Below are positions 44,164 through 53,277 of a DNA stretch of 64,000 bases, one piece after another; within the stretch, counting starts at the first letter, position 1; every line of letters begins with the position of its first letter. Source of the DNA: Elusimicrobiota bacterium. GTDB lineage: Bacteria; Elusimicrobiota; Elusimicrobia; UBA1565; UBA9628. The stretch lies in NCBI GenBank assembly GCA_016209035.1, contig JACQWX010000126.1:16288-80287 (forward strand), given 5' to 3'. Under the pieces are notes generated by a model. The model searched no databases. It was not told the origin of the DNA and saw nothing but the letters and a program-made list of their open reading frames with translations. Both the position numbers and the translations under genes were made by a program.

Positions 44164-46019
44164 GGAACTCCCTCCTCCTGGCGAGCCTCCTGGCGGCTCC
44201 CTCGGGGGCCGTGGCCGCAGGCCCAGGAGCCGGCGAGGTGCTGATCCACGCCGGCGTGGACAAGACCGTGGTCGCCCTCGACGACCAGATCGTCCTCGAG
44301 GTCTCTGTCGCGGGTCCCCATACCTCGATGCCGGACCCCAAGCTCCCCGCCCTGCCGAACTTCAGCGTGTACAACTCCGGGAGCAGCCACAACATATCCT
44401 TCATCAACGGGAAGGTTTCCAGCTCCATCGCGCACACCTTCGTCCTGGTGCCCCGATTCGTGGGCAAGGCGACCATCGGCCCGGTCACGGTGGCGGTCGA
44501 GGGGAAGACGGTCAGGACGGACCCGATCGAGATCGAGGTCCGCCCGCCGTCGGGCGGGGCCGCGCCGGGCCAGGGCCCGGCGAGCCCGAAGCCCTCGGCC
44601 CGGCCCCTGGGGCGGCAGCCCCAGGCCCGGCCGACCCCGTCCGCGCCGGACATCTTCGTCATGGCCGACGTCGACAAGAAGAAGGCCTTCGTCAACGAGC
44701 AGGTCACGCTCACGGTCAAGTTCTTCACCGGCGTCTCGCTCCTCGGCAACCCGCAGTACGACGCTCCTAAAATCCCGGGCTTCCTCGCCGAGGACCTGCC
44801 GCCGGAACGGCACGGCAACATCGAGCACTATGGCCGGAACTACTACTACTCGGAGATCCGGACGGCGCTATTTGCCGCGAGCGCGGGCCGCCTCGTCATC
44901 GGGCGCGCCACGGTGAAGGCCCAGGTCCAGCGCGACGTCACCATCGACCCCTATGCCCCGGACTTCTTCCAGAGGTTCTTCTCGCAGGGTTTCGTCGGCG
45001 CCGAGGACCGGGTCCTCACCTCGGAGCCCATCGAGGTCACGGCCGAGCCCCTGCCGGCCGAGGGCAAGCCACCGGACTTCACCGGCGCGGTGGGACGCTT
45101 CAGCGTCACGGCCGCGGTCGACCGCTTCAACCCGAAGGCGGGCGAGGCCGTCAACCTCACCGTGACCGTCCAAGGCACCGGCAACGTCAAGGCCCTCGGC
45201 GACCTCAAGCTCCCGGACATGCCGTCGTTCCGGGTCTACGACACCGTCAGCTCCATGAGCCTCGACCGGACCAAGGACCTCGTGAGCGGCTCCAAGGTCT
45301 TCAAGACCGTGCTGGTCCCCAAGGTGTCGGGACCGCTGACCATCCCCTCGATCTCCTTCCCGTATTTCGATCCTGCGCGGCGCCAATACATGCAGGCCTT
45401 CACGCCGCCCATCCGCCTCAAGGTGGCGGAGGGGGACGCCGCGGCGTCCGCGCCGGCGGCGGCGTCCGCGCCCGCGGGCAGGCTCTCCGCCGTGTCCGAA
45501 GACATCCGGTATCTCAAGGCCTCCCCGGGAGGGTCGCCCCTGGGGAGGCTCCTGGAGGAGGTGGCCGCCGGGGGGAACGCCCATACGGTCCCGTTCCTGC
45601 TCTTCGCGGCCGCGCTCTCCCTGACCATGTACCAGGACCGGCAGGCCTCCGACCCCAAGGGAAGGCGCTTCCGCTCGGCGCTCAAGGCCGCCAGGAAGCG
45701 CATCCGGACCGCCGAGGCCTTAAGGTCCCAGGACCCTAAGGCGGCGGCGGCCCTCCTCTCCGAGGCCCTGCTCCACTACCTGGGGGACAAGCTCGACGTC
45801 GCGGCCTCGGGCCTGACCCTGCGCCGCGCGGCGGAACTCCTCCAGGCCAAGGCGCCGGGCCTGGGAAGCGGCGGGGTCGAGAGCCTCCGGGAGGTGTGGG
45901 AGGAACTCGATCTCCTGCGCTTCGCCCCCTCGGCGGCCTCGGATCACGGCAAGGGAGCCCACCCCGCCCAACGGCTCGAGTCCCTCCTCAAGGACCTGGA
46001 GAAGGATATCCGCCGATGA
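44160..46019 (+). CDS. batD: oxygen-tolerance protein BatD
   Basis: BatD-like N-terminus VLIHAGVDKTVVALDDQIVLEVSV...; 619 aa; C-terminal TM. Confidence 0.75.
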   Translation: MRNSLLLASLLAAPSGAVAAGPGAGEVLIHAGVDKTVVALDDQIVLEVSVAGPHTSMPDPKLPALPNFSVYNSGSSHNISFINGKVSSSIAHTFVLVPRFVGKATIGPVTVAVEGKTVRTDPIEIEVRPPSGGAAPGQGPASPKPSARPLGRQPQARPTPSAPDIFVMADVDKKKAFVNEQVTLTVKFFTGVSLLGNPQYDAPKIPGFLAEDLPPERHGNIEHYGRNYYYSEIRTALFAASAGRLVIGRATVKAQVQRDVTIDPYAPDFFQRFFSQGFVGAEDRVLTSEPIEVTAEPLPAEGKPPDFTGAVGRFSVTAAVDRFNPKAGEAVNLTVTVQGTGNVKALGDLKLPDMPSFRVYDTVSSMSLDRTKDLVSGSKVFKTVLVPKVSGPLTIPSISFPYFDPARRQYMQAFTPPIRLKVAEGDAAASAPAAASAPAGRLSAVSEDIRYLKASPGGSPLGRLLEEVAAGGNAHTVPFLLFAAALSLTMYQDRQASDPKGRRFRSALKAARKRIRTAEALRSQDPKAAAALLSEALLHYLGDKLDVAASGLTLRRAAELLQAKAPGLGSGGVESLREVWEELDLLRFAPSAASDHGKGAHPAQRLESLLKDLEKDIRR

Positions 46020-46759
46020 GGGCTCCGCTGCGGCTCGCCTCCCTCATCCTCCTGCTGGCCTCCGCGGGCCCGGCCGTCTGCGCGGAGTCGGACTTCAGCC
46101 AGGCGGCCCAGCGCTACGCCGCGGCGGACTTTCCGGGCGCGGCCGCGATCTACAGATCCATGCTGGAGTCCCAGCCGCGCAATGCCTCCCTGCGCTTCAA
46201 CCTGGGCAACGCGCTCTTCAAGGCGGGGCGGACGGGGCCGGCCATCGCCGAATACCAGCGCGCCTACGACATCCGCCCGCGGGACGCGGACATACGCTAC
46301 AACCTCGACTTCGCGCTCAAGCGCGCGGGCGAGGAGTTGGTCCCGGCGGGCGTCCCGCCCTTCCTCCACTACCTGTTCCATCTGCTCGGCACGCGCGAGC
46401 TCGCGGGGCTGCATTGGATCGCGTGCTGGGCCGCCCTGCTGCTGGCGAGCCTGGCCCTGCTGCGCCGGTCCGTGTCCGGGCCGCTCGGCTGGTGGGGCGC
46501 GGCCGCCGCGGCGGCATGGATATTCTTCGGCGGATGGTGGGGGACGCGCAAGGCCCTCGAGCCGACCGAGCGCGCCGTGGTGACGAAGCCCTTCGCCGAG
46601 ATCCGCAGCGGCCCGGGCGACAACTTCAGCGTGGCTTTCACCGCTCCCGAAGGCCGCAGGGTCGAGATCCTCTCCGAGAACGGCCGATGGCTGGAGATCG
46701 GCCTGGCCAAGGAAGGAGCGAAGGGCTGGATCCTCTCCGAATCCGTCGAGCGCCTCTGA
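46016..46759 (+). CDS. batE: TPR plus C-terminal SH3b-like protein BatE
   Basis: TPR (RFNLGNALFKAGRTGPAIAEYQRAYDIRP); TM; C-terminal AEIRSGPGDNFSVAFTAPEGRRVEIL...WLEI SH3b-like. Confidence 0.65.
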   Translation: MRAPLRLASLILLLASAGPAVCAESDFSQAAQRYAAADFPGAAAIYRSMLESQPRNASLRFNLGNALFKAGRTGPAIAEYQRAYDIRPRDADIRYNLDFALKRAGEELVPAGVPPFLHYLFHLLGTRELAGLHWIACWAALLLASLALLRRSVSGPLGWWGAAAAAAWIFFGGWWGTRKALEPTERAVVTKPFAEIRSGPGDNFSVAFTAPEGRRVEILSENGRWLEIGLAKEGAKGWILSESVERL

Positions 46760-46764
46760 CGTCT

Positions 46765-47439
46765 CTACGGCCGGGAGGGAGCGAACGGGGTCGAGGGCAG
46801 CGGCGAGCGCTCCGCCTTCGCGCCAGCGGCTTCAGGCGCCGCGGCAGGGGCGGCCCCCTTGGCCGTCGCCGCCTTGGCCCGCCCGGCGCGTCCCTTGCGC
46901 GTCCTGCCGGGCTTGGGCGCGGCAGAGACCTCAGCCGTCGCCGCCGTCTCCGGGGCGGACTCCTGCGGAGCCTCCGTCGTCTGCGGCTCCGCCGCGGCCG
47001 CAGCCTGCTTCGGCTTCGCCTTGCCTTTCCCTTTCTTGCGCGGCTGCCGCCGAGGCTTCGGAGGCTGCTCCGCCGGGACATCCGGCTGGACAGCGGAAGG
47101 CTCGCCCTCCGGGGCGGACTCGGCCTGAGGAGACTCCGAAGGAGCGGGGCCTCGCTCCGGCTGAGGTTCGAAATCGGAAGGACCTGAGTCCTGAGGCCGG
47201 TCCGCCATCCCGGTGTCCGAAGACCCCTGATCCGCTCCTCCGTCCTCCGCCGCCCCCGCTCCGGGCGCGCCTCCAGACGCGGACGCCGAGGCCTCGCCCC
47301 CTGCGGGCGGCTGGAGGTCCTCGCCCGCCGACGGGTTCTCCTCATGCTGGGCATGCTGTGCCGCCGACGGCATCCCCGCCAGGAAGACCGCCGCGGCCGC
47401 GGCGAAGAGGAAAGCCCTGCCGTCCACGGAGCGAATCAT
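46765..47439 (-). CDS. secreted low-complexity acidic/Pro-rich protein with a Lys-rich block (224 aa)
   Basis: signal peptide MIRSVDGRAFLFAAAAAVFLAGMPSAAQ; KPRRQPRKKGKGKAKPKQ segment; may be a GC-rich artefact. Confidence 0.4.
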   Translation of the reverse strand: MIRSVDGRAFLFAAAAAVFLAGMPSAAQHAQHEENPSAGEDLQPPAGGEASASASGGAPGAGAAEDGGADQGSSDTGMADRPQDSGPSDFEPQPERGPAPSESPQAESAPEGEPSAVQPDVPAEQPPKPRRQPRKKGKGKAKPKQAAAAAEPQTTEAPQESAPETAATAEVSAAPKPGRTRKGRAGRAKAATAKGAAPAAAPEAAGAKAERSPLPSTPFAPSRP

Positions 47440-47468
47440 ATCATTTGGCTCTCGCTACGTATAGTATA

Positions 47469-48767
47469 ATGGTAGGGATGGAGACCTGCGAATCGCAGGC
47501 CCGGCCGAGACTCTACACGCGCGCCTTCGGCTGCCAGATGTCCGCGGCCGACGTCGCGGAGATGTCCGGCGCGCTCGTGGAGCGAGGCTACACGCTCACT
47601 TCGGACCTCTCCGAGGCCGACGCCGTCCTGGTAGGGACCTGCACCGTGCGGGAGCACGCCGAGCACCGGGCGCTCTCCTACATCGGGAGGCTCCGGCGCT
47701 GGAAGCGCGAGCGCCCCTCCGGCGCCCTGATCGTGGCCGGCTGCGCGGCCGAACGCCTCGGCCCGGACATCAAGCGGCGGTTCCCCCATGTGGACCTCGT
47801 GACGGGCTCCAAGTCCGTGGGGGAGTTCCCTTCCTTGATCGACAAGGTCATGCCCGACCATCGCCTCCCCCGGGGGGGGCAGGTCCCCGAAGGACGGCGG
47901 AGTATCTGCGCGTCCGTGACCGTCATGCGGGGTTGCGACCGCTCGTGCAGCTACTGCATCGTCCCGTCCGTGCGCGGCCGGGAGGTCTACCGCCCGGCGG
48001 ACGAGATCCTCGCGGAGGTCAGGCGCAAGGCCGAAGCCGGGGCGAAGGAGGTGACCCTGCTGGGCCAGACCGTCAACAGCTACCGGTCTTCGGTTTCCTT
48101 CGCCGACCTTCTGGCGCTGGTCGACTCGGTGGCCGGCATCGAACGCATCCGCTTCATGAGCCCGCATCCCCTCCATCTCGACGGACCCATGGCACACGCC
48201 ATGGCGGAGTGCCGCAAGGTGGCGCCCGCGCTCCATCTGCCCGCGCAGTCCGGCTCGGACCGCATCCTCGGGCTCATGCGGCGCGGCTACGACCGGGCCG
48301 CCTTCCTCGAGAAGGTGTCCATGGTCCGGCGCGCGGTGCCGGGCCTCACGGTCACGACGGACTTTCTCGTCGGTTTCCCCTCGGAAACCGACGAAGATTT
48401 CCAATCCACTCTTTCACTCTTCGAAGATATGGGCGCCGTTTCAGCGTATTGTTTCAAGTACTCCCCCAGGGCCTCGACGCCGTCAGCCTTCCTGCCGGAC
48501 GACGTCCCTAGGCGAGTCAAGGAAGACCGGCTCGCCCGGCTCAACGCCTTCGTCGCAGGCAGGACGGCCGCCTATCTCGATTCCCTCGCGGGCCGCGAGG
48601 TCCAGGTGCTCACCGAGGAGCCCGGAGTCGGCCGGGCCGCGGACGGATTCAAGGTGAGGCTCGTCCCGCCGGTCCCGCCGGTCCCGCCGGGCCGGCTGGT
48701 CCAGGCTCAAGTCGTCGGCCGGACCCGCAACATGCTTTTTGGGAACCTTCTGCGGAGGAACGCATGA
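47469..48767 (+). CDS. miaB: MiaB-family radical-SAM methylthiotransferase (MTTase N-domain, radical SAM, TRAM); alternative start at 47478
   Basis: Cys triad of the MTTase domain (FGCQMSAAD); radical-SAM CxxxCxxC (RGCDRSCSYC); adjacent to miaA. Confidence 0.75.
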   Translation: MVGMETCESQARPRLYTRAFGCQMSAADVAEMSGALVERGYTLTSDLSEADAVLVGTCTVREHAEHRALSYIGRLRRWKRERPSGALIVAGCAAERLGPDIKRRFPHVDLVTGSKSVGEFPSLIDKVMPDHRLPRGGQVPEGRRSICASVTVMRGCDRSCSYCIVPSVRGREVYRPADEILAEVRRKAEAGAKEVTLLGQTVNSYRSSVSFADLLALVDSVAGIERIRFMSPHPLHLDGPMAHAMAECRKVAPALHLPAQSGSDRILGLMRRGYDRAAFLEKVSMVRRAVPGLTVTTDFLVGFPSETDEDFQSTLSLFEDMGAVSAYCFKYSPRASTPSAFLPDDVPRRVKEDRLARLNAFVAGRTAAYLDSLAGREVQVLTEEPGVGRAADGFKVRLVPPVPPVPPGRLVQAQVVGRTRNMLFGNLLRRNA

Positions 48768-49279
48768 CCAACAAGACCAGGAAACTGCCGGAACGACGCC
48801 GCCACCACCGCTTCTCCCTCGTCGAGGGGTTGATCGAGCCCGTCACCGTGAGGTTCGACGGTTCCTCCCGGGAAGGGTGCCGGTGCGAAGGGAGGGAGCG
48901 GCCGGTCCGCGGGGTGGAGCAGCCCGCCATCCTCACCAACCTCTCGGCCGGAGGCATGTCCATGGTCTGCTTCGCCGAGCCGCCCAGGGCGAGGAGGCTC
49001 GACATGGTCCTGACCCTGCCGGGCCTCAAGTCCGTGCCCATCGTCGGCAGGGTGGCGCGGATGCACCAGAAGGGTCAGACCTGGAACGTGGGCATCGCCT
49101 TCACATTGCTCAGCCCCAAACACCGGAACATGATCAACGGGATGGCCCAGGACAACCTGGACTGCGAGACCCGGATCTCCCTGAACCTCCCGGACTCCTG
49201 CGCCCCGAAGTGCGCCTTCCACCACCTCTGCGTGAAGCCCCAGAAGGTGTCGCAGTACTGGAAAGGCAAGACCCATTGA
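48764..49279 (+). CDS. PilZ-domain protein with C-terminal Cys-rich tail (171 aa)
   Basis: PilZ motifs RRRHHRF and NLSAGGMSM; C-terminal C..C....C cluster; overlaps both neighbours. Confidence 0.65.
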   Translation: MTNKTRKLPERRRHHRFSLVEGLIEPVTVRFDGSSREGCRCEGRERPVRGVEQPAILTNLSAGGMSMVCFAEPPRARRLDMVLTLPGLKSVPIVGRVARMHQKGQTWNVGIAFTLLSPKHRNMINGMAQDNLDCETRISLNLPDSCAPKCAFHHLCVKPQKVSQYWKGKTH

Positions 49280-50196
49280 CGCGGGTCGTCGCCGTCGTCG
49301 GGCCCACCGCCTCCGGCAAGACGGAGCTCGCCGTCGCGCTGGCCCGGTCTCTGGGCGGCGAGGTCGTCTCCGCCGACTCGCGCCAGCTCTACCGTGGCTT
49401 CGACGCGGGCACGGCCAAGCCCCGGCTGACCGCAGGGAGGGACGCCGACGGCATCCCTCACCACCTCATCGACGCGGCGGACCCGTCCGAGACCGTGAGC
49501 GCCGGGCGCTACGCGCGCATGGCCGGGCCCGTGCTGGAGGCCATCGTGGGCCGCGGCCGCGTCCCCATCGTGGCGGGAGGGACCGGGCTCTACATCCGGG
49601 CGCTGCTGGACGGGCTTTCGGACCTGCCCGAGGCCGACCAAGCGCTCCGGTCCAGGATCTCGGAGGAGGCCAGGACGCGCGGGTGGGAGGCCTTGCACCG
49701 GAGACTCGCCGAGTTCGATCCGGAGGCCGCGGCCCGCATCCCCAAGAACAACCGCTCCCGCCTGATGCGCGCCCTCGAGGTGCGTGAACTGACGGGGCGT
49801 CCCATCTCGAGCTTCTGGAAGAAGGGAGCGGAGCGCCGCTGGGAGACGGTCTACCTCTCCATCGTCTGGCCTCCCGACCGGCTACGCGCGCGCATCGTGG
49901 ACAGGGCCCAGGCCATGTGGCCCGGCATCCTCGACGAGACGCGCCGCCATCTCGAACGCTGGACCGGCCTTGAAGCCGCCTTCCAGAGCCTCGGCTATCG
50001 CGAGGCCCTTTCGTGCCTGGAAGGCCGGATCACGGCCGACGAAGGCCTGGCCCTCCTCATCCGCGCGACGACCGCCTACGCCAAGCGCCAGAGGACCTGG
50101 TTCAAGAATCAACTCCCCGCTGCGACGCGCGTCGAAGGGGGACCCACGCAGCGCATGCTCGACGCCGCCCTGCGGATGTTCGCCCATGGCGCGTGA
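49276..50196 (+). CDS. miaA: tRNA dimethylallyltransferase, TTG start overlapping the pilZ stop
   Basis: P-loop VVAVVGPTASGKTELAVALAR; DSRQLYRGFDAGTAKP; 306 aa. Confidence 0.85.
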   Translation: MTRVVAVVGPTASGKTELAVALARSLGGEVVSADSRQLYRGFDAGTAKPRLTAGRDADGIPHHLIDAADPSETVSAGRYARMAGPVLEAIVGRGRVPIVAGGTGLYIRALLDGLSDLPEADQALRSRISEEARTRGWEALHRRLAEFDPEAAARIPKNNRSRLMRALEVRELTGRPISSFWKKGAERRWETVYLSIVWPPDRLRARIVDRAQAMWPGILDETRRHLERWTGLEAAFQSLGYREALSCLEGRITADEGLALLIRATTAYAKRQRTWFKNQLPAATRVEGGPTQRMLDAALRMFAHGA

Positions 50197-51880
50197 AGGC
50201 TCCGTGAAGCGGCCTCCAGGCCCAGAGCCGTTCCCGGCCGCCCTGCGCCTCTATCTCCTCTCGGGCGTCTTCGTGACCGGGGCCGCGGTGCTCGCCCTCG
50301 AGCTGGTGGGGTCCCGCGTCATCAGCCCGTTCTACGGCTCGTCGTTGTACTGCTGGGCGGCCATCATCACGGTCACCATGGTCGCGCTCGCGGCGGGCTA
50401 CGGCCTCGGCGGCCGCGCCGCCGACCGCGACCCCACGCCGGACCTGTTCCCGAGACTGGTCGCGGCCGCGGCCGTGGCGGTCGCTCTCATCCCGCTCCTG
50501 AGGATCCCGGTCCTGCGGCACACCGCCTGGATGGGGGTGCGGCTGGGCGCGCTGGCGAGCTCGGCCGTCCTCTTGGGTCCCGCGCTCGCGTGCCTGGGGG
50601 CCGTGGTCCCCGTCGTAGTGCGGCTCCTGACCCGGGAGGTCTCTTCCGTGGGCAGCCGGGCCGGCGAGGTCATGGCCGTCTCCACTTTAGGAAGCGTCCT
50701 GGGCGCCGTGGCGTCCGGGTTCTTCCTCATCCCCAACCTCCCGGTCCCACGCATCCTCTTCGGGCTCGCCGCGCTCCTCTTCCTGCTCTGCGGCGTGGGG
50801 CTCATCATCGGCCGCCGGCGGTTCCCGGTGAAGACGGCGGTGGCCGCCGTCTCGGCCGCGGTCCTCGGCTGGTGGCCCGGGAGCCACGGGATGCTGTTCG
50901 CGAGGCAGTCGCTCTACGGCGAAGTCAAGGTCTTGGACTCGAACGGGCGGCTCTACCTCCTTGTCGACGGGGTGACGCAATCCGTCGCGCGCAGGCTTGG
51001 GGAGGGGTTTGAAGCCGACTCCCCGTACGTGCACACGCTCGAACTCGCGGCGCTCCTGCCCCATGGGGGGCAGGTCCCCGGAGGCGCAGGCAGTTCTCCG
51101 CTCGCCGGAGGGAGCCTGGCGCGGGGCAGGCCGCGTCCCAGGGCTCTGTTCATCGGCTCCGGGGCAGGGCAGCTCCCGGACTCCTTCGAGATCCGCTACG
51201 GCATCGACTCGGACGTCGTCGAGATCGACCCGGTCATGCTGGAGGCGGCGCGGCTCTTCGGCTTCCCGAGACGCCGTCAGGGCAGCCCGGACCCCGGCCG
51301 CGTCTTCGTGGAGGATGGCCGCACCTTCATGGAGAGAATCGGCAGGGACGCGAGGGACGCCATAGGGGAAGGCGGGCGCGTCCGGCGCTACGACATCATC
51401 GTGCTCGACGCCTTCGTCGGGGAAAACCCGCCCTACCATCTCTTCACCGCGGAATCCTTCCAGGCCGCCCGCCGCCTACTCGAGCCCGACGGCGTCCTGG
51501 CCGCCAACCTCGTGAGCCTCGTGGGCGCGGGCCAAGACGACGCCTGGGTCACCGCCTACAAGACCATGCGGTCGGTCTTCAAGGAGGTGCGCGTCCACCT
51601 CGCATCTCCGCCCCACGAAGGGCTGGCCAACGTCGTGTTCTTCTGCTCCGACGGACCTCTCGACGGGGCGCTGGCTCGGGCCCGGGCTCGGGCCCGGGCC
51701 GAGGTCCGGCGGGGCAGCGAGTACGCTCTCAGCCACGAGTTGACCCCTCCGCCCGAGGCGCTGCGGGCCGCGGTCGCGCTGAACGACGACTACGCCCCTG
51801 TCGAATCCCTGCTGGCCAAGACCGCGCTCGCATGGCGCAAGGTCGTGCAGGACACGGCCGGCGAGGCGGCCCTGCGCTAA
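50186..51880 (+). CDS. fused multi-TM / spermidine-synthase-family protein (polyamine aminopropyltransferase-like), 564 aa
   Basis: 7-8 N-terminal TM helices; C-terminal YDIIVLDAFVGENPPYHLFTAESFQAARRLLEPDGVLAANLVS spermidine-synthase core; ARARARARA run. Confidence 0.7.
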   Translation: MAREGSVKRPPGPEPFPAALRLYLLSGVFVTGAAVLALELVGSRVISPFYGSSLYCWAAIITVTMVALAAGYGLGGRAADRDPTPDLFPRLVAAAAVAVALIPLLRIPVLRHTAWMGVRLGALASSAVLLGPALACLGAVVPVVVRLLTREVSSVGSRAGEVMAVSTLGSVLGAVASGFFLIPNLPVPRILFGLAALLFLLCGVGLIIGRRRFPVKTAVAAVSAAVLGWWPGSHGMLFARQSLYGEVKVLDSNGRLYLLVDGVTQSVARRLGEGFEADSPYVHTLELAALLPHGGQVPGGAGSSPLAGGSLARGRPRPRALFIGSGAGQLPDSFEIRYGIDSDVVEIDPVMLEAARLFGFPRRRQGSPDPGRVFVEDGRTFMERIGRDARDAIGEGGRVRRYDIIVLDAFVGENPPYHLFTAESFQAARRLLEPDGVLAANLVSLVGAGQDDAWVTAYKTMRSVFKEVRVHLASPPHEGLANVVFFCSDGPLDGALARARARARAEVRRGSEYALSHELTPPPEALRAAVALNDDYAPVESLLAKTALAWRKVVQDTAGEAALR

Positions 51881-53262
51881 TGCTCACCAAGATCGCGGAG
51901 AGGGTCCTGCTCGTCGGCGTGGGACTCAAGCCCCCGGGCCTGCGGCCCAGGGGCCTGGGGCCCGACGGCCCCATGGGGCCGTCGGGCCGCACGGTCGAAG
52001 ACAGCCTCTCCGAGCTGCGCGGCTTGGTCGAGACCGCGGGCGCCGTGGTCGCGGGGACCGTGAGCCAGTCGGTGACGCGCTACCATCCCGGGACCCTCAT
52101 CGGCAGCGGCAAGGTGCTGGAGGTCGCTCAGATGGCCCGAGAAGTCTCGGCCCGCACCGTCATCCTCGACGCGGACCTGTCCCCCGCCCAGCAGAAGACG
52201 CTGGAGAAGGCGACCGACTCCAAGGTCATCGACCGCACCAGGCTCATCCTCGACATCTTCGCGAAGCGCGCCAAGACCTCCGAGGGCCGGCTCCAGGTGG
52301 AGCTCGCCCAGCTCTCCTACCTCCTGCCGCGCTTGACCGGGGCCTGGCGCTCCTTCTCCCAGCAGGTCGGCGGCATCGGCACCCGCGGCCCCGGAGAGCG
52401 CAAGCTGGAATACGAACGGCGCCACATCCAGTCGCGCATCACGCGCTTGAAGAGCGAGATCGAGAAGGTCAAGGCGCGGCGTCAGGTGCAGCGCTCGAGG
52501 CGGCTCTCCATCCCCGTGCCCCTCGTCGCGATCATCGGCTACACCAACGTCGGGAAATCCACCCTGCTCAACGCCCTGCTGTCGCAAGCCTCCCGTGTCG
52601 CGAGCCCCCCCCGCGGGGGGGCGAGCATCGGGGGGGCAGATGAGGGGGCAAGAAGCCGTTTCGTCTACGCCGACGACAAGCTCTTCGCGACCCTCGACCC
52701 GACCACGCGGCGCGTGCGCCTGCCGGACGGGACCCATGTGGTGGCCACGGACACGGTTGGCTTCATCCGGCGCCTGCCTACGGCGCTGGTGGCGGCGTTC
52801 CGCTCCACGCTGGAGGAGGCGGGCCTCGCCGACTGCCTGCTCGTCGTGACGGACGCCACCGCCCCTGACTTTTCGGCGCAGGACAGCGCCGTCGACGCCG
52901 TCCTCGACGAGCTCGGCGCAGGCGCGGTGCCCAGGGTCGAGGTCTTCAACAAGACGGACCTCGTCAGCCCCGAGCGAAGACGGGAGCTCGCGCTCTCCCA
53001 TCCGGGCCGGACGCTCATCTCGGCCGTGACCGGGGAAGGCATCTCGGCCGCGCTCGACCGGGTCCAGGAGATACTCTCGCGCAGGTGGCTCCTGAGGGAG
53101 CTCGACCTCCCGCACGGCGCGGGTCGGTTCGCCTCCGTCATCTACGCCAGCAGCCAGGTCATCAAAGAGACGCATGACGGGACCATGGTCCGCTACCGGA
53201 TGAGGGTCACGGCCGAGAACTGGGAGCGACTGCGGGCATTGACGCGGCAGTATTTTTGCTAG
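51880..53262 (+). CDS. hflX: GTPase HflX (with two atypical in-frame GC-rich insertions)
   Basis: HflX N-domain ERVLLVGV...LVETAGAVV; G1 GYTNVGKSTLLNAL; G2 LFATLDPT; G3 DTVGFI; G4 NKTD. Confidence 0.85.
   Translation: MLTKIAERVLLVGVGLKPPGLRPRGLGPDGPMGPSGRTVEDSLSELRGLVETAGAVVAGTVSQSVTRYHPGTLIGSGKVLEVAQMAREVSARTVILDADLSPAQQKTLEKATDSKVIDRTRLILDIFAKRAKTSEGRLQVELAQLSYLLPRLTGAWRSFSQQVGGIGTRGPGERKLEYERRHIQSRITRLKSEIEKVKARRQVQRSRRLSIPVPLVAIIGYTNVGKSTLLNALLSQASRVASPPRGGASIGGADEGARSRFVYADDKLFATLDPTTRRVRLPDGTHVVATDTVGFIRRLPTALVAAFRSTLEEAGLADCLLVVTDATAPDFSAQDSAVDAVLDELGAGAVPRVEVFNKTDLVSPERRRELALSHPGRTLISAVTGEGISAALDRVQEILSRRWLLRELDLPHGAGRFASVIYASSQVIKETHDGTMVRYRMRVTAENWERLRALTRQYFC
51931..51990 (+). repeat. 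60-bp GC-rich palindromic in-frame insertion in hflX (encodes PPGLRPRGLGPDGPMGPSGR), related to family B
   Basis: cccccgggcctgcggcccaggggcctggggcccgacggccccatggggccgtcgggccgc; contains a perfect 13-bp stem GCCCGACGGCCCC atg GGGGCCGTCGGGC. Confidence 0.65.
52594..52656 (+). repeat. homopolymer-rich palindromic in-frame insertion in the hflX G-domain (C8-GC-G7, G7, G5)
   Basis: cgagccccccccgcgggggggcgagcatcgggggggcagatgagggggc encodes RVASPPRGGASIGGADEGARSR between the P-loop and switch I. Confidence 0.6.
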
Positions 53263-53277
53263 ACTTGTCCATCACTT

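Noticed and set aside
45440-45485. 18-bp imperfect tandem repeat (AASAPA x2) in batD and ARAR/PVP micro-repeats in the spermidine-synthase-like gene and miaB
   Set aside because: Short low-complexity codon repeats common in high-G+C genomes. Noted as minor slippage candidates but not treated as features.
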